From contig CM097887.1 of assembly GCA_044892525.1 (NCBI GenBank), positions 23,870,001 through 23,934,000 on the forward strand: 64,000 nt of DNA, read 5' to 3'. Source of the DNA: Schmidtea polychroa. Lineage: Eukaryota. Below are positions 63,044 to 64,000 of the stretch, in pieces. The notes below the pieces were generated by a model. It had not been told where the DNA came from. It was given only the letters and a program-made list of their open reading frames with translations, and made no database searches. The position numbers and the translations under genes were made by a program. Every line of letters starts with the position of its first letter. Positions within the stretch are counted from its first letter, which is position 1.

Positions 63044-64000
63044 TGTAGGGGCCCTTGTAGGGGCCCCGCCCATAGGATAATACTTTTTTTAGGTGTTCAT
63101 ATCTGTAATATATTAAAACCATTGGTACTTTACACAACATCCTTTCAATTCCTATTATATTATAAGTACATCAGCTATTAACGTTATAAAAATCACAAAT
63201 GGAGTCTTCCTACTCCGATTTTTTAATCTTATTAGACAGGAAGCATAAGCTGATTGGACTGAAAGCCTCCCCTAACCGATATTAAACCAAGCCAAAAAAC
63301 CATGTTTGATGCCAGAGTTCCTAACTCCAGCATCCAAAGAGAATAAACATAAAAGTTTCAGTTTTTTTAAGGGTGAGAACCGTTCTCCCCTTCGGCCTTG
63401 TGCCAGTTAGATTTACATAAAATAAAATTTGATTTTTTTTTTCGAAACTGTCAGCAATTTGCCGCCTACTGTCAGTGCAACAACTCGTTCAAAGAGGAAA
63501 CGGCTCACGCGCGGAGAACGATCGAAGCGCAAGCGGGACGAGTTGCCCGCCGTTGAAGCTGCCCTATTTTCCGCCCACTGTCAGCCAAGACTGGATCGGC
63601 ATCAACCTAAGTGAACACTCAACCTCCACCATTTAGGAGAGTGCCCGCCACAACCACTCCATGGATTGTTGACTCGCAACTAGAAGCGGAAGACAGCGAG
63701 CTTTGGTTGACTGACAAAGAGGTGTCCCGGTTATTTGAAGTCCACAGCGTTAATTCTGCAATGTTTATTATTCACCATTGATCGATAGAAACGCCCAGAT
63801 AGGTGAACTGAATTAGTCCTCCATCGAACCTATGTGTCTTTGATCTATGATATCATGTAGTGTGTCTTTACGTTCAATACATATTAATGTTGTTTCTTTA
63901 ACTTATTATTGGTGATGCGAAAATTCGTGTATATGGTGGCGTAGATTAGTATGAGAACGAAATGTGGGATAACCTAAATCGGACCAGGGGTTTCAAGCAA
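63044..64000 (+). mobile_element. Copy F of the ORF253 family (internally deleted, runs off the window)
   Basis: CTGATTGGAC ~63250; C-terminal ORF remnant RKRLTRGERSKRKRDE...AVEAAL...RRVPA (63445-63720); start of the 3' block GGACCAGGG at ~63981. Possible left end TGTAGGGG at 63044. Confidence 0.65.

Overview
AT-rich, transposon-dense eukaryotic (animal-type) genomic window with two assembly gaps. Mini-introns next to a giant intron and the TE spectrum fit an invertebrate such as a planarian, but the taxon is only inferred. Host genes: a TBC1D20 Rab-GAP gene whose last exon lies behind a ~16.9-kb TE-filled intron, an intronless divergent CDK-family kinase, a 1033-aa orphan ORF with 13-aa repeats, and a dienelactone-hydrolase pseudogene. 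Known TE classes: hAT (Charlie MITEs, ZMYM1-like), Tc1/IS630, mariner, Tigger/pogo, MULE, piggyBac, Merlin, Helitron, Gypsy, a foldback-like element and a near-complete NeSL/R2-superfamily non-LTR retrotransposon. The standout is an unrecognised element family present six times (copies A-F). Two copies are complete 4.05 and 4.27 kb insertions (42075-46124, 47302-51566) with TGTTGG...CCAACA termini and 4-bp TSDs. They have no terminal direct repeats, no long TIRs and no recognisable transposase or RT. Each carries an intact 253-aa ORF under strong purifying selection, a conserved ATTGG/TATA promoter, a hairpin leader with a splice donor, a decayed antisense ORF and a conserved 3' block with a covarying stem. 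The best hypothesis is gene-carrying giant solo LTRs or integrase-mobilised cargo elements.
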